64,000 nucleotides of DNA, taken from an uncultured Eubacteriales bacterium. Lineage in GTDB: Bacteria; Bacillota_I; Bacilli_A; RF39; UBA660. The notes under the pieces are model-generated. The model did not search any database, had not been told where the DNA came from, and saw nothing but the letters and a program-made list of their open reading frames with translations. Below are positions 42,247 to 51,721 of this stretch, piece after piece. A program made the translations under genes and the position numbers. Each line of letters begins with the position of its first letter. Within the stretch, counting starts at the first letter, position 1. Location: contig CAUUHY010000001.1 in NCBI GenBank assembly GCA_963545265.1, positions 21,918 through 85,917 on the forward strand, in the 5' to 3' direction.

Positions 42247-42747
42247 ATGTTTGAAATATATGACTCAAATAATAAAATACCGGAAAATAGATATTTAGAA
42301 ATGAATGATATTTTATTGAAAGATTATATTTTAAGAAAAGGATTAGAAGAATATAAAAAAAGAGAAAAAGTTTTTAAAGGAGAAGGATTTGAATATTGGA
42401 AATCTATGATTTTAAATGATCCTAATTATAATATAATACTTTATATACTTGATAAAAAAATAGTTGCTTTTATTTGCTATATATTAATGAAAGACAGTGT
42501 ATGTTTAGCAGAAATTCAAATAATAAAAGAATATCAAGGTAAAAACGATATATTTAGAAAGATATTAAATAAATTTTTAGAAGAAATTAAAAATAAAAAA
42601 TATAAAATTATATCTGCAACAATAGATAAAGATAATCAAAAATCAAGAGCAGTATTTTCACATATTGGTATGATTAATACAAAAGACAATTGGTTTGAAA
42701 CATCTATTGAAACTTTAGAAAAATGGTTAAATAAATCCGGTTCTTGA
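42247..42747 (+). CDS. GNAT family N-acetyltransferase
   Basis: 166 aa; motif-A-like IQIIKEYQGKNDIFRKIL and ...RAVFSHIGM. Confidence 0.55.
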   Translation: MFEIYDSNNKIPENRYLEMNDILLKDYILRKGLEEYKKREKVFKGEGFEYWKSMILNDPNYNIILYILDKKIVAFICYILMKDSVCLAEIQIIKEYQGKNDIFRKILNKFLEEIKNKKYKIISATIDKDNQKSRAVFSHIGMINTKDNWFETSIETLEKWLNKSGS

Positions 42748-42764
42748 CAAATAGTATAATAGAA

Positions 42765-42915
42765 ATTAAAATATATGTAATTTAAATTTATTAAAGCTGT
42801 GAAGGTGTGGAATACTGGAGCTTTTGGTTATAAAGGGATTCTTAGAATAAGTAAGGTGGAACCGCGGGTAATACTCGTCCTTACATTTAAGAATCTCTTT
42901 TTGTTTCATAAAGGA
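42765..42915 (+). promoter_or_regulatory. T-box riboswitch leader of glyQS (short, glyQS-type)
   Basis: T-box core GGTGGAACCGCGG at 42855-42867; flanking inverted repeat gattcttagaataagtaagg/ccttacatttaagaatc followed by tctttttg; RBS AGGAGG at 42912. Confidence 0.65.
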
Positions 42916-42923
42916 GGTATAAG

Positions 42924-44279
42924 ATGAGTCAAATAACTATGAAAGATTTAGTAAATTATGCAAAAACATATGGGTTTATTTATCAAGGAAGTGAAATATA
43001 TGGAGGTTTAGCTAATACTTGGGATTATGGTATTTTAGGTGCAAGACTTAAAAATAATCTTAAAGATATGTGGAGAAAGTTTTTTATTCAATTAAGAGAT
43101 AATGCTTATGAAATAGATGCTAGTATCTTAATGCATCCTAAAGTATGGGAAGCATCAGGTCATATTAAAAACTTTTCAGATCCACTTCTTGATTGTAAAG
43201 AATGTAAGATGAGAGTTAGAGCGGATAAACTTATTGAAGAATTCGATAGCAATATAATCGCAGATAAAATGACAGATAAAGAAATGGAAGAATTTATAAA
43301 AGATAACAAGATTCCATGTCCAAATTGTGGTGCTAGTGATTTTACATCTATTAGAGAATTTAATCTTATGTTCGAAACAACAAGAGGAGTTACAAAAGAT
43401 TCTAAGAGCACTATATATTTAAGACCAGAAAATGCTCAAGGTGAATATGTAAACTTTTTAAATGTATTAAGAACTGCTAGAACTAAGTTACCATTTTCTA
43501 TAGGACAAATAGGTAAAGCGTTTAGAAATGAAATTACACCAGGTAACTTTACATTTAGAACTATAGAATTTGAACAAATGGAATATCAAACATTTTGTAA
43601 GAAAGATACTGATGAAAAACAATATGAATTTTTTAAAGATTATGGTATGAAGTTCATGGAATATATTGGTCTTGATAGAGAAAAACTTCGTTATAAAGAT
43701 CATGAAAAATTAGCTCATTATGCTAAAAATGCTTGTGATATAGAATATTTATTCCCATTTGGTTGGGGAGAAATAAATGGTACTCATAATAGAACAGATT
43801 TTGATTTAAAAAATCATCAAGAATTATCTAATGTATCAATGGAGTATTTAGATGAAGAAACAGGTGAAAAATATATTCCATATATAGTTGAATCAACATA
43901 TGGAGTTGATAGAATCTTACTTGCACTTTTATTTGATGCATATAACGAAGAAGAAGATAGAGTTGTATTAAAATTAAATGAAAAAATAGCACCTATTAAA
44001 GCATCTGTTTTACCACTTATGAAAAAGTATCATGGAGACAAGGCTGAAGAAATTTATAATATCTTTAAACAACATTTTATGACAAGTATTGAAGACTCTG
44101 GAAGTATTGGTAAAAGATATAAGAGAAATGATGCTATAGGTATTCCTTATTCAATAACAATAGATGATGAAACATTAAAAAATAATACAGTTACTGTAAG
44201 ATTTAGAGATGATGCAAGTCAAAAGACTATGACTATAGAAGAAGCAATTAAACATATAGAAGAAAAAACAAGAATTTAA
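42924..44279 (+). CDS. glyQS: Glycyl-tRNA synthetase, alpha2 homodimeric type
   Basis: 451 aa; class II motifs; insertion with a CxxC...CxxC zinc knuckle. Confidence 0.9.
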   Translation: MSQITMKDLVNYAKTYGFIYQGSEIYGGLANTWDYGILGARLKNNLKDMWRKFFIQLRDNAYEIDASILMHPKVWEASGHIKNFSDPLLDCKECKMRVRADKLIEEFDSNIIADKMTDKEMEEFIKDNKIPCPNCGASDFTSIREFNLMFETTRGVTKDSKSTIYLRPENAQGEYVNFLNVLRTARTKLPFSIGQIGKAFRNEITPGNFTFRTIEFEQMEYQTFCKKDTDEKQYEFFKDYGMKFMEYIGLDREKLRYKDHEKLAHYAKNACDIEYLFPFGWGEINGTHNRTDFDLKNHQELSNVSMEYLDEETGEKYIPYIVESTYGVDRILLALLFDAYNEEEDRVVLKLNEKIAPIKASVLPLMKKYHGDKAEEIYNIFKQHFMTSIEDSGSIGKRYKRNDAIGIPYSITIDDETLKNNTVTVRFRDDASQKTMTIEEAIKHIEEKTRI

Positions 44280-44282
44280 AGA

Positions 44283-44320
44283 TAAAACTTTTATTTACTT
44301 TTGTAGATAAAAGTTTTTAG
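44283..44320 (+). terminator. Rho-independent terminator after glyQS
   Basis: aaaactttt...aaaagtttt hairpin plus a T-run; overlaps the next promoter. Confidence 0.45.
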
Positions 44321-44337
44321 TTTATGATATAATTTTA
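44314..44337 (+). promoter_or_regulatory. Extended -10 promoter (TGaTATAAT) sharing a 19-nt motif with 37756-37775
   Basis: tttagtttatgatataatt; TATAAT at 44328-33. Confidence 0.45.
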
Positions 44338-44369
44338 CTAGTAATAATAAATAAAAAGAGGGTGAAGAA

Positions 44370-45266
44370 ATGAAAGTAATGTGTATAGGACAAGCTGCAT
44401 ATGATATAACTATTCCAGTTAATGAATATCCAGTTGAAAATAAAAAAATAAGATTTGATGAAAGGATAGAATGTGGTGGAGGATCATCTTCTAATGCAGC
44501 ATTTTTACTTGCTAAATGGGGACTTCAAAGTTCTTTTGCTGGGGTAGTAGGAGATGACTTTTATGGTTCTAAAATAGAAGAAGAATTAAAAAATATTAAA
44601 GTTGATACTAAATATTTAGAAAAAATTAATAAAAAAACAACTACATCATATATAATTGCTAATTTATCTAAAGGTACTAGAACTATTCTTACTAATAGAG
44701 AAAAAGATATTAAATTATCTTTAAAACCAGAATTAAAAGAAATTGACTATATATTTTTAGATGGATATGAATATGAATTTGCAAAAAAAGTAATAGAAGA
44801 TAACCCTAAAGCTATAAAAGTAATAGATGCTGGTAGTTTAAAAGAAAAAACTATTGAACTTGCTAAGTTAAGTGATTATATTGTTTGTTCTAAAGATTTT
44901 GCAGAAGAATTTACTTCTAAAAAAATAGATTTTAGCAATCTAAAAACACTTATTGATATATATGATGAAATTGAAAATAAATTAAATGGTAAGTTAATAA
45001 TAACTTTAGAAGAAAAAGGAAGTTTTGTAAAAGATGATAGTTATATGATAGTTCCATCGATTAAAGTAGAAACTTTAGATTCAACAGCAGCAGGAGATAT
45101 ATTTCATGCAGCATTTTTATATTTTTTATCAAAAGGTATGAGTTTAAAAGATGTTTTAAGATTATCTAATATAGCAGGAGCGCTATCTGTTACAAAAATT
45201 GGTGGAAGATATTCTATTCCAAGTTTAGAAGAAGTTAAAAGAGTAAGTGATGACAATCCTCTATAG
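44370..45266 (+). CDS. PfkB-family carbohydrate kinase (ribokinase-like)
   Basis: 298 aa; N-terminal GG motif, C-terminal DSTAAGDIFHAAFLY (the catalytic-base GAGD region). Confidence 0.75.
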   Translation: MKVMCIGQAAYDITIPVNEYPVENKKIRFDERIECGGGSSSNAAFLLAKWGLQSSFAGVVGDDFYGSKIEEELKNIKVDTKYLEKINKKTTTSYIIANLSKGTRTILTNREKDIKLSLKPELKEIDYIFLDGYEYEFAKKVIEDNPKAIKVIDAGSLKEKTIELAKLSDYIVCSKDFAEEFTSKKIDFSNLKTLIDIYDEIENKLNGKLIITLEEKGSFVKDDSYMIVPSIKVETLDSTAAGDIFHAAFLYFLSKGMSLKDVLRLSNIAGALSVTKIGGRYSIPSLEEVKRVSDDNPL

Positions 45267-45507
45267 TAATATTATATTTAAAACACTAGATTTACATGGT
45301 GAAACATTAGATGTCGCCATGTATTTAGTTAAAAACTTCATAAACGATAATATAAAGATGAAAAATGAGTATATTGCTATCATTCATGGTAATGGAGAAG
45401 TTTTGAAAAACAACTTGTTAAAATATTTAAAAAAAGCAAAAAAAATTAAAGAATACAACATAGATATTTACAATAGTGGCCAAACTTTAATAAAACTTGA
45501 CATTTAA
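45250..45507 (+). CDS. Small Smr-domain protein
   Basis: LDLHGETLDVA and IIHGNGEVLKN match the Smr (MutS2 C-terminal) LDLHG...HGxG signature; overlaps the kinase gene end. Confidence 0.55.
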   Translation: MTILYSNIIFKTLDLHGETLDVAMYLVKNFINDNIKMKNEYIAIIHGNGEVLKNNLLKYLKKAKKIKEYNIDIYNSGQTLIKLDI

Positions 45508-45553
45508 TCAAAATAGTGTATAATACATCTCATAACGGAGGGGGAGTTTTAAA

Positions 45554-48070
45554 ATGGAAGAAAAATACTCGATTAGAAATTTTTTAATTAAAGCTGTAAT
45601 AGCAGTAGTTTTTATAGTTATATTAATTTATCTTTTACCAATCAGTAAAATAGGTGGATTTAATAATAACAACAATAATGGCAATAATGGCAATAACTAT
45701 AATTCGCAAGAATTAAATAGTTTAACTGCTCAAATATTCGCTGCGAATATCAATACAATGAAAGAAGCAGCAATGAAGTATTACACTACAGAAAGATTAC
45801 CACAAAATATAGGTGATAAGAAAAAATTAACATTACAAGAAATGTTAAATATGAAACTTTTATTACCTTTAATAGATAAAGAAGGTAAAACTTGTGATGC
45901 TAATAGTTCATATGTAGAAATTGAAAAGAAAGATAACGAATATATCTTTAAAGTAAATTTAAAATGTGGAAGTCAAGAAGACTATATAGTAGTACCTGTT
46001 GGATGTTATGATTACTGTCCAAATAAAGGTGTATGTCAAAAAGAAATAGAAATAAATGGTAAATACCAAAAAGTTCCAGGTTTACCACCAAGAACTGTAC
46101 CAGAATTAATCGTAACTGGACCAAGTTGTGAATTGTATGTTTCAGGTGGAGTAGAAGGTGCAAATGGATGGTTTACAAGAGATGTTACAGTTGGATTTAA
46201 ATATAAAACAACAACTAATAATAGTGCTTATATAACAGAATATGGTTTAAGTGAAAATAATACACCAACATATAACATGTTAAAACAATATCAAGTTACT
46301 AAAGAAGGTGTAACTAACGTATATGGATATGTAAAAGATTCAAACGGAAAAACTGCAATATGTCATGTAACAGTTAAAAGAGATTCAGTAAAACCTAATT
46401 GTGAACTACAAGTAGTAGATGGAATTAAAAACAATGGAGTTTATGTAGGTAACGTAAAAGTTGCACTTACTAATTCGTTAGATGAAACTTCAGGAGTTGA
46501 TTCTTATGGAGTAAGTAGATCAAGTCAATTAGATTTAAATAATAGAGATAATATAGTTATTAATAGCAACGGAAACAACACAGTATATGGATATGTAAAA
46601 GATAAAGCTGGAAATATAAATGTATGTAGTCTTAATTTTGAACATAAAGAAACACCAAATACTAAAGTTTCAAAACCAAGTTGTGAACTAGAAATAACTT
46701 CAGGAGTTATGGGAGAAAATAACTGGTATACATCAAATGTAAAAGTTGCATTTAAATCTAAGACTTCAACTAATGGAGCATGGATTACTCAATATGGAAT
46801 TACTAATTCTAATGTTGAATATAACCAAAGAGATTTTGTAACTGGAGCAAAAGATGGTCATTATACAGTAAGAGGATTTGTTAAAGATTCTAATGGTAAT
46901 GAAGCAATTTGTTCATTGAAATTTAAAAAAGATTCAACTAAACCACAATGTGATATAAGTGTATTTAGTGGAATATATGAAAACGGTTCATATAAGAGCG
47001 ATGTATTAATAGGATGGGCAAGAAGATCTGACAATATGTCTGGTGTTCAAAAATATGGAATCGGAAGATTATTTAACTACAATAATAATACACATTACAA
47101 AGTAACACTTGATGGAACTGTAACAGTAAATGGATATATTAAAGATAATGCTGGTAATACTAATATCTGTAGTATTAATATTACAAAACAAAAAACTGGA
47201 TTTGAATATCAATATAAAAAAGTAATTAACAAAGAATATTCTAATTGGTCAGAATGGCAATATAGAACATATAACCCTAATTCAAAACCTAATTTTGGAT
47301 TAAGAGAAAATGAAGAAATAGTGGATTTAGGGTATAGAGAAGTAACTAAATATAACTATGTTCAAACAAAACCAATATATAATTATATAAATAAGGAATT
47401 TAAGACAGTTAAAGAAAAAAGTTGTGATGGATTTAGATATTTTAGAAATGAAACTACTAAAACAACATCGACAACAAAAACAGTTCACGAAACTGCAACA
47501 GAAATTACAAGAGTTGAAACAAGAGTAACTGATTCATATGTTACTAAGAAGGGAACAGAAGGATCTGAAAAATATGTTGGAATGGTAAGTTTAAGCAATC
47601 CACCAACTAACACATTAGCAGTAAGATACGAATTTGTAGGAATGGACTTTGCTAGATGTGGAAATTGTACTACAACTCCATATACAATTTGGAAGAAGTA
47701 CGTAAGAACTGTAGGAAAGAGTCAAAAAGTTGAAAATATAACTAGAACATACTATAAAGATGAAAGAGGAAATCCAACAGAGAGAATTAAATCTCAACAA
47801 ACAACTACACATGCAGATGTTACATATTCAGGTCTTAAAGTAAGTTGTAATTTAGTGGAAGATGAAACAACATTATTTGTTAAAGTTAAAGAATTAGCTG
47901 GATTTGAAAAACAAAGAACATCTTATGTAACAAAAGATTATAGTTATAAATATAGAAATAGAACTGTAGTAAAAGAAGGTTATATAGATTATAAATGGAG
48001 TCATTATAACGATACTACTTTAATAAACAGTGGATATACAATGACAGGGAATAAAAGAGTTAAAAGTTAA
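45554..48070 (+). CDS. Signal-anchored surface protein with four Cys-bracketed ~92-aa tandem modules and a C-terminal domain of unknown function
   Basis: Promoter TGTATAAT, RBS GGAGGGGG; N-terminal TM; repeats beginning CEL(Y/Q/E)..., each ending GYVKDxxGNxxxC. Confidence 0.6.
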   Translation: MEEKYSIRNFLIKAVIAVVFIVILIYLLPISKIGGFNNNNNNGNNGNNYNSQELNSLTAQIFAANINTMKEAAMKYYTTERLPQNIGDKKKLTLQEMLNMKLLLPLIDKEGKTCDANSSYVEIEKKDNEYIFKVNLKCGSQEDYIVVPVGCYDYCPNKGVCQKEIEINGKYQKVPGLPPRTVPELIVTGPSCELYVSGGVEGANGWFTRDVTVGFKYKTTTNNSAYITEYGLSENNTPTYNMLKQYQVTKEGVTNVYGYVKDSNGKTAICHVTVKRDSVKPNCELQVVDGIKNNGVYVGNVKVALTNSLDETSGVDSYGVSRSSQLDLNNRDNIVINSNGNNTVYGYVKDKAGNINVCSLNFEHKETPNTKVSKPSCELEITSGVMGENNWYTSNVKVAFKSKTSTNGAWITQYGITNSNVEYNQRDFVTGAKDGHYTVRGFVKDSNGNEAICSLKFKKDSTKPQCDISVFSGIYENGSYKSDVLIGWARRSDNMSGVQKYGIGRLFNYNNNTHYKVTLDGTVTVNGYIKDNAGNTNICSINITKQKTGFEYQYKKVINKEYSNWSEWQYRTYNPNSKPNFGLRENEEIVDLGYREVTKYNYVQTKPIYNYINKEFKTVKEKSCDGFRYFRNETTKTTSTTKTVHETATEITRVETRVTDSYVTKKGTEGSEKYVGMVSLSNPPTNTLAVRYEFVGMDFARCGNCTTTPYTIWKKYVRTVGKSQKVENITRTYYKDERGNPTERIKSQQTTTHADVTYSGLKVSCNLVEDETTLFVKVKELAGFEKQRTSYVTKDYSYKYRNRTVVKEGYIDYKWSHYNDTTLINSGYTMTGNKRVKS
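46127..47200 (+). repeat. Four tandem ~275-bp coding repeats (Ig-like, Cys-bracketed modules)
   Basis: Modules start at ~46127, 46400, 46681 and 46949; conserved PxC[ED]L...NGW[FY]T...VxGYVKDxAGNxxIC. Confidence 0.55.
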
Positions 48071-48089
48071 TAAAAAGGGGGAATAATTT

Positions 48090-51000
48090 ATGGAAAATTT
48101 AAACAATATAACAATATTCGGTAAATTTAGAAAAGATAAAACTTTAGATTATACTAGTGATAAAGTATTGGTAAATTACGAAGATGGTAAAAATTTGCAT
48201 ATAGTTGATGGTATTAATGAAGTTTTAAAAAATTTACTTATAAACCGTAATTTAATCAAAGAAAATGATGTAATTACTCAAGAAAAATTAAATGAAGCTA
48301 TAGAACTAGGATATATAAAAGTTGTTGATATAGAAGAATTAGATCACAATTTTTATAAAAATATCGTTGAAAGAGAAGGTCGTGATGAATTAACTCTTGA
48401 AGAAACAGAAGAAATTAAGAGAAATGTTAGATCTTTAGAATTAAAACAAAACGAAAGGGAAAGCAGCAGATTGGATGATGATTTTGAAGAAATAGATTTA
48501 TCTAGAGATAATCAAACAGATAATGAAGAATCAAATGCTAACAGAGAACAAATAAGAAGAATATTACGTGAAGAAGGATATTTTGATGAAGAAAAAGAAG
48601 ATGTTGTAGAAAAAGATTCTGAAAAAGATTCTGAAAAAGCTGCTGAAGAAGACGTAGAAGAAATGAAAGATGAAGAACAAGAAAATTCAAGTAAAATAAT
48701 TCCAATTGATGATTATTATGACGATGACGAAGAAGAATATGAAGAAGAAGCTGATGAGGAAAAAAGACTTATAGCAGCAGGAAGAATTGGAGTAGGAGCA
48801 GGTTTATTAGCAGCAGGGGCAGCATTAGGACTTGGTGCAAAACATTTAATTGATGCTAATGCTAAACCAAATACTCAAAATGCTAAAAATGTACAAGATG
48901 AAATAACAACTGTATCTGAAAACGAACAAAAAGCAATGGATGAAAGTATATCTTCTGTAAATCAAGAATATGAAAATAATAATAACAACACTAATAACAA
49001 CGCTAATAACAATCCTGTAACTAATACTGTAGAAGAAGATTTTTCTAGTGATGTTGTAATAAACGATTCAGTAAAAAAAGAAATTAAAAGTAATTTTGAA
49101 ATATTAAATTTTGATTTAGCTAATGCAACTGAAGTACAAAAGGACTTCTTAAATTCAACAGCAGGTTTAATTACTAAATTTCATGAACAAACACATAAAT
49201 CTAATAATTTTAGATTAGAAAATGATAATGAACATTATTTAGACTTAACACTTGATGAAGCTATGAGTTTAAATTTATTATTAAATGATTATACTCAAGA
49301 TGAAATAAATCAAATATTTGGTTCACATCAATTTAATTCAGAAAAAATCCAAAATTCTGCTAAGAGTGCATATACTAAGTTAGCTACATATTACATGAAT
49401 GCTACAGAAAAATCTGGACTATCCGATATTATTAAAGATGAAAAGAAAAAAGAATTATTCGATAAAATGGAAGATAGTGTTTTAAGATTTAATCAAAACG
49501 CTACAGTAGAAAATGCAACTGAAGTACATAGGCAAGCATATTATAACTATATAACTTCAGGAGCAAGTAACGAATATGCAAATGATGATTTAACAGCATT
49601 CTTTGCTACAAGTCCATTAATGGGATTTGTAATGACTAATTCGACAACTTCATATCAAGTTGAAAACTTTCTTATATCTAGATTAAACGATAGTGAAGAG
49701 TTGAATAAATATGGAGAAGCTTACTTAAGAAGTGGAACACATTTTGTAGCCTTAGCTAAAGAAGGAAATAGTTATGTAGTCCAAGAATTAGATGCTTTTG
49801 GAAACTGTATAAATAGAGCAGAATCAGAAACAACAATAATGTCTTTAATTAATGATAAAGCATTACTTAAGAGTATGATTAGAAAATCAGATAATTTAGG
49901 ACAAATGGTTGCTAATGCTAATGAAAAATACTTAGCAGATGAACTTGCAAAAGATCAAAAGATAATTGAAAGTAGAAAATTTGTTGAATACATTTTAAGT
50001 GGAAATAACGATTATAGATATGCATTATTTAATGCATTAGGAGCTAACTTTGATAATTATAATGAATTCTTAAAAGAATGTTTTGCAACAGATAATGTAA
50101 GAGAAGCAGAATTATTATTATCAAGTTTATCAATGAATGTTTCAATAGATGGTCTAAATTCTCATTTAGGTAAATTAGGTGAAGTTGAAATTAGCGAAAT
50201 ATCACAAACTGAAAAAGGTAAAAATATAATAGCTATTTACAATAAGCTTATATCTAGAATTGAAACAAAAACTTTAACTTTAAATCAAGTAGCAAATAAG
50301 ATAGATTTTAGTAAATTAGGTGGAATTTATGGAATTAACGATAACCAAGCAGTTGGATATCTAGTTAATGTTAGAAGAGATATTTTAACAAAACAATTCT
50401 TAAATTTAAAAACTTCATCAAATTCAGAATGTTCTAGCAATTCAAGTTCAGAAAAAAGAAGTTCTTCAAGTAGTTCATCAAATAGTTCATCAACTAAGAC
50501 TACTAGTTCATCGAATTCGAATTCACAAGATAACAGCAATCAAAAAGTAGTTGAAAGAAGAGTTGAAACTACAGAAAGAGAAGAAGTATCAACAAAAGAA
50601 GAAACACATACTGAAAGAAAAGAAGTTACAAAAGAAGAATTAACTGAAAAAGAAAGAAAACAAGCAGAAAGAAAAGAAAAGAGATTAGAAGCATCAAACT
50701 TTGTTTACAACATTGCTGCAAGAGCAAGCCAAGATGTTAATGAATACATGAATTCAAATGAATATAAATCAGATTCAACAACTACAACTTATGTAAATAA
50801 ATATAATGATCAAGATTTAAATAATGAATCTTTAATAAATCAAGCTAGACTTATTAGAGCGTGGAATGATGGTTCTTTATCTGAAATATCAACTTCAAAT
50901 TCTCAAATAATAGCTAAGAAAAATGAAGATGCGCAAAACTTTATTGATAGTTTATCTGATGATGAAATAGATTTATTAAAATCTAGATATGGAAATGATT

Positions 51001-51701
51001 GGAAGAGTGAAACTAAAGCACTTTACAAGAAGACATGGAGTAATGATTTAAAAGAAGCTTTCTCTAAATATGTTAATACTATTGGAAAAGGTGAATACCT
51101 TAGAAAATATAAAGTTGAAGAAGATAAATTGAGAAAAGAAAATCAAAGTAGTCAATCAGGAGAAAATCAAGTAGTAGTTCCAGAAGAACAAAATAACAAT
51201 AACAATCAAAATAATAATCAAAGCAGTTCACAAACACAAACAGGAGAAAATTCAGTGGTAACTGATGAAACTCAAGATTTAGGTCAAGGTTCTAAAGTAA
51301 TAACTGATGTTGAAGAATTGCAAGGTCAAACAAATAATACAGAAATAAATCAAAATGTAACTCCTTCAGAACAAAATAACAACAACAATCAATCTAATGA
51401 AGAAGTAGTTAATGAAATTTTACCAGATGAAAGTTTAAATTTAGGTCAAGGTGAACAACCAGTACAACCAAATACTACTGTTGAAAATGAAGTAGCACCA
51501 ATAGTAGAAGAAAACAATCAATCTGTTGAAAGACAAAACACTAATCAAAATGAAGGAAGTGAAATAACAAGAATAGATAATCGTGCTATTCAACCAGAAG
51601 AAATACCAGAAATAGATGAAACAACTGATGCTAATGAAATAGAACCAGTTAGTTTAGAAAATAAAGAAGCAAAAGGAAAGGTTTTAACAAGACGTATATA
51701 G
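48090..51701 (+). CDS. Bitopic membrane protein (1203 aa): acidic cytoplasmic N-domain, one TM, large extracytoplasmic region with Ser-rich and Q/N-rich low-complexity tracts
   Basis: RBS AGGGGG; TM LIAAGRIGVGAGLLAAGAALGLGA at aa ~230; region aa ~330-470 is paralogous to the next ORF. Confidence 0.6.
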   Translation: MENLNNITIFGKFRKDKTLDYTSDKVLVNYEDGKNLHIVDGINEVLKNLLINRNLIKENDVITQEKLNEAIELGYIKVVDIEELDHNFYKNIVEREGRDELTLEETEEIKRNVRSLELKQNERESSRLDDDFEEIDLSRDNQTDNEESNANREQIRRILREEGYFDEEKEDVVEKDSEKDSEKAAEEDVEEMKDEEQENSSKIIPIDDYYDDDEEEYEEEADEEKRLIAAGRIGVGAGLLAAGAALGLGAKHLIDANAKPNTQNAKNVQDEITTVSENEQKAMDESISSVNQEYENNNNNTNNNANNNPVTNTVEEDFSSDVVINDSVKKEIKSNFEILNFDLANATEVQKDFLNSTAGLITKFHEQTHKSNNFRLENDNEHYLDLTLDEAMSLNLLLNDYTQDEINQIFGSHQFNSEKIQNSAKSAYTKLATYYMNATEKSGLSDIIKDEKKKELFDKMEDSVLRFNQNATVENATEVHRQAYYNYITSGASNEYANDDLTAFFATSPLMGFVMTNSTTSYQVENFLISRLNDSEELNKYGEAYLRSGTHFVALAKEGNSYVVQELDAFGNCINRAESETTIMSLINDKALLKSMIRKSDNLGQMVANANEKYLADELAKDQKIIESRKFVEYILSGNNDYRYALFNALGANFDNYNEFLKECFATDNVREAELLLSSLSMNVSIDGLNSHLGKLGEVEISEISQTEKGKNIIAIYNKLISRIETKTLTLNQVANKIDFSKLGGIYGINDNQAVGYLVNVRRDILTKQFLNLKTSSNSECSSNSSSEKRSSSSSSSNSSSTKTTSSSNSNSQDNSNQKVVERRVETTEREEVSTKEETHTERKEVTKEELTEKERKQAERKEKRLEASNFVYNIAARASQDVNEYMNSNEYKSDSTTTTYVNKYNDQDLNNESLINQARLIRAWNDGSLSEISTSNSQIIAKKNEDAQNFIDSLSDDEIDLLKSRYGNDWKSETKALYKKTWSNDLKEAFSKYVNTIGKGEYLRKYKVEEDKLRKENQSSQSGENQVVVPEEQNNNNNQNNNQSSSQTQTGENSVVTDETQDLGQGSKVITDVEELQGQTNNTEINQNVTPSEQNNNNNQSNEEVVNEILPDESLNLGQGEQPVQPNTTVENEVAPIVEENNQSVERQNTNQNEGSEITRIDNRAIQPEEIPEIDETTDANEIEPVSLENKEAKGKVLTRRI

Positions 51702-51721
51702 TCTTATAGGGGGGCAAAAAT

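Noticed and set aside
45660-45715. Asn-codon run (aataataacaacaataatggcaataatggcaataac); the N/Q/S-rich tracts at 48960-49020, 50430-50560 and 51190-51410 were considered as possible DNA repeat elements
   Set aside because: They are in-frame low-complexity coding (poly-N, poly-S, Q/N-rich) typical of AT-rich surface proteins, not independent repeat elements or a CRISPR array. No CRISPR-like regularly spaced direct repeats occur anywhere in the window.
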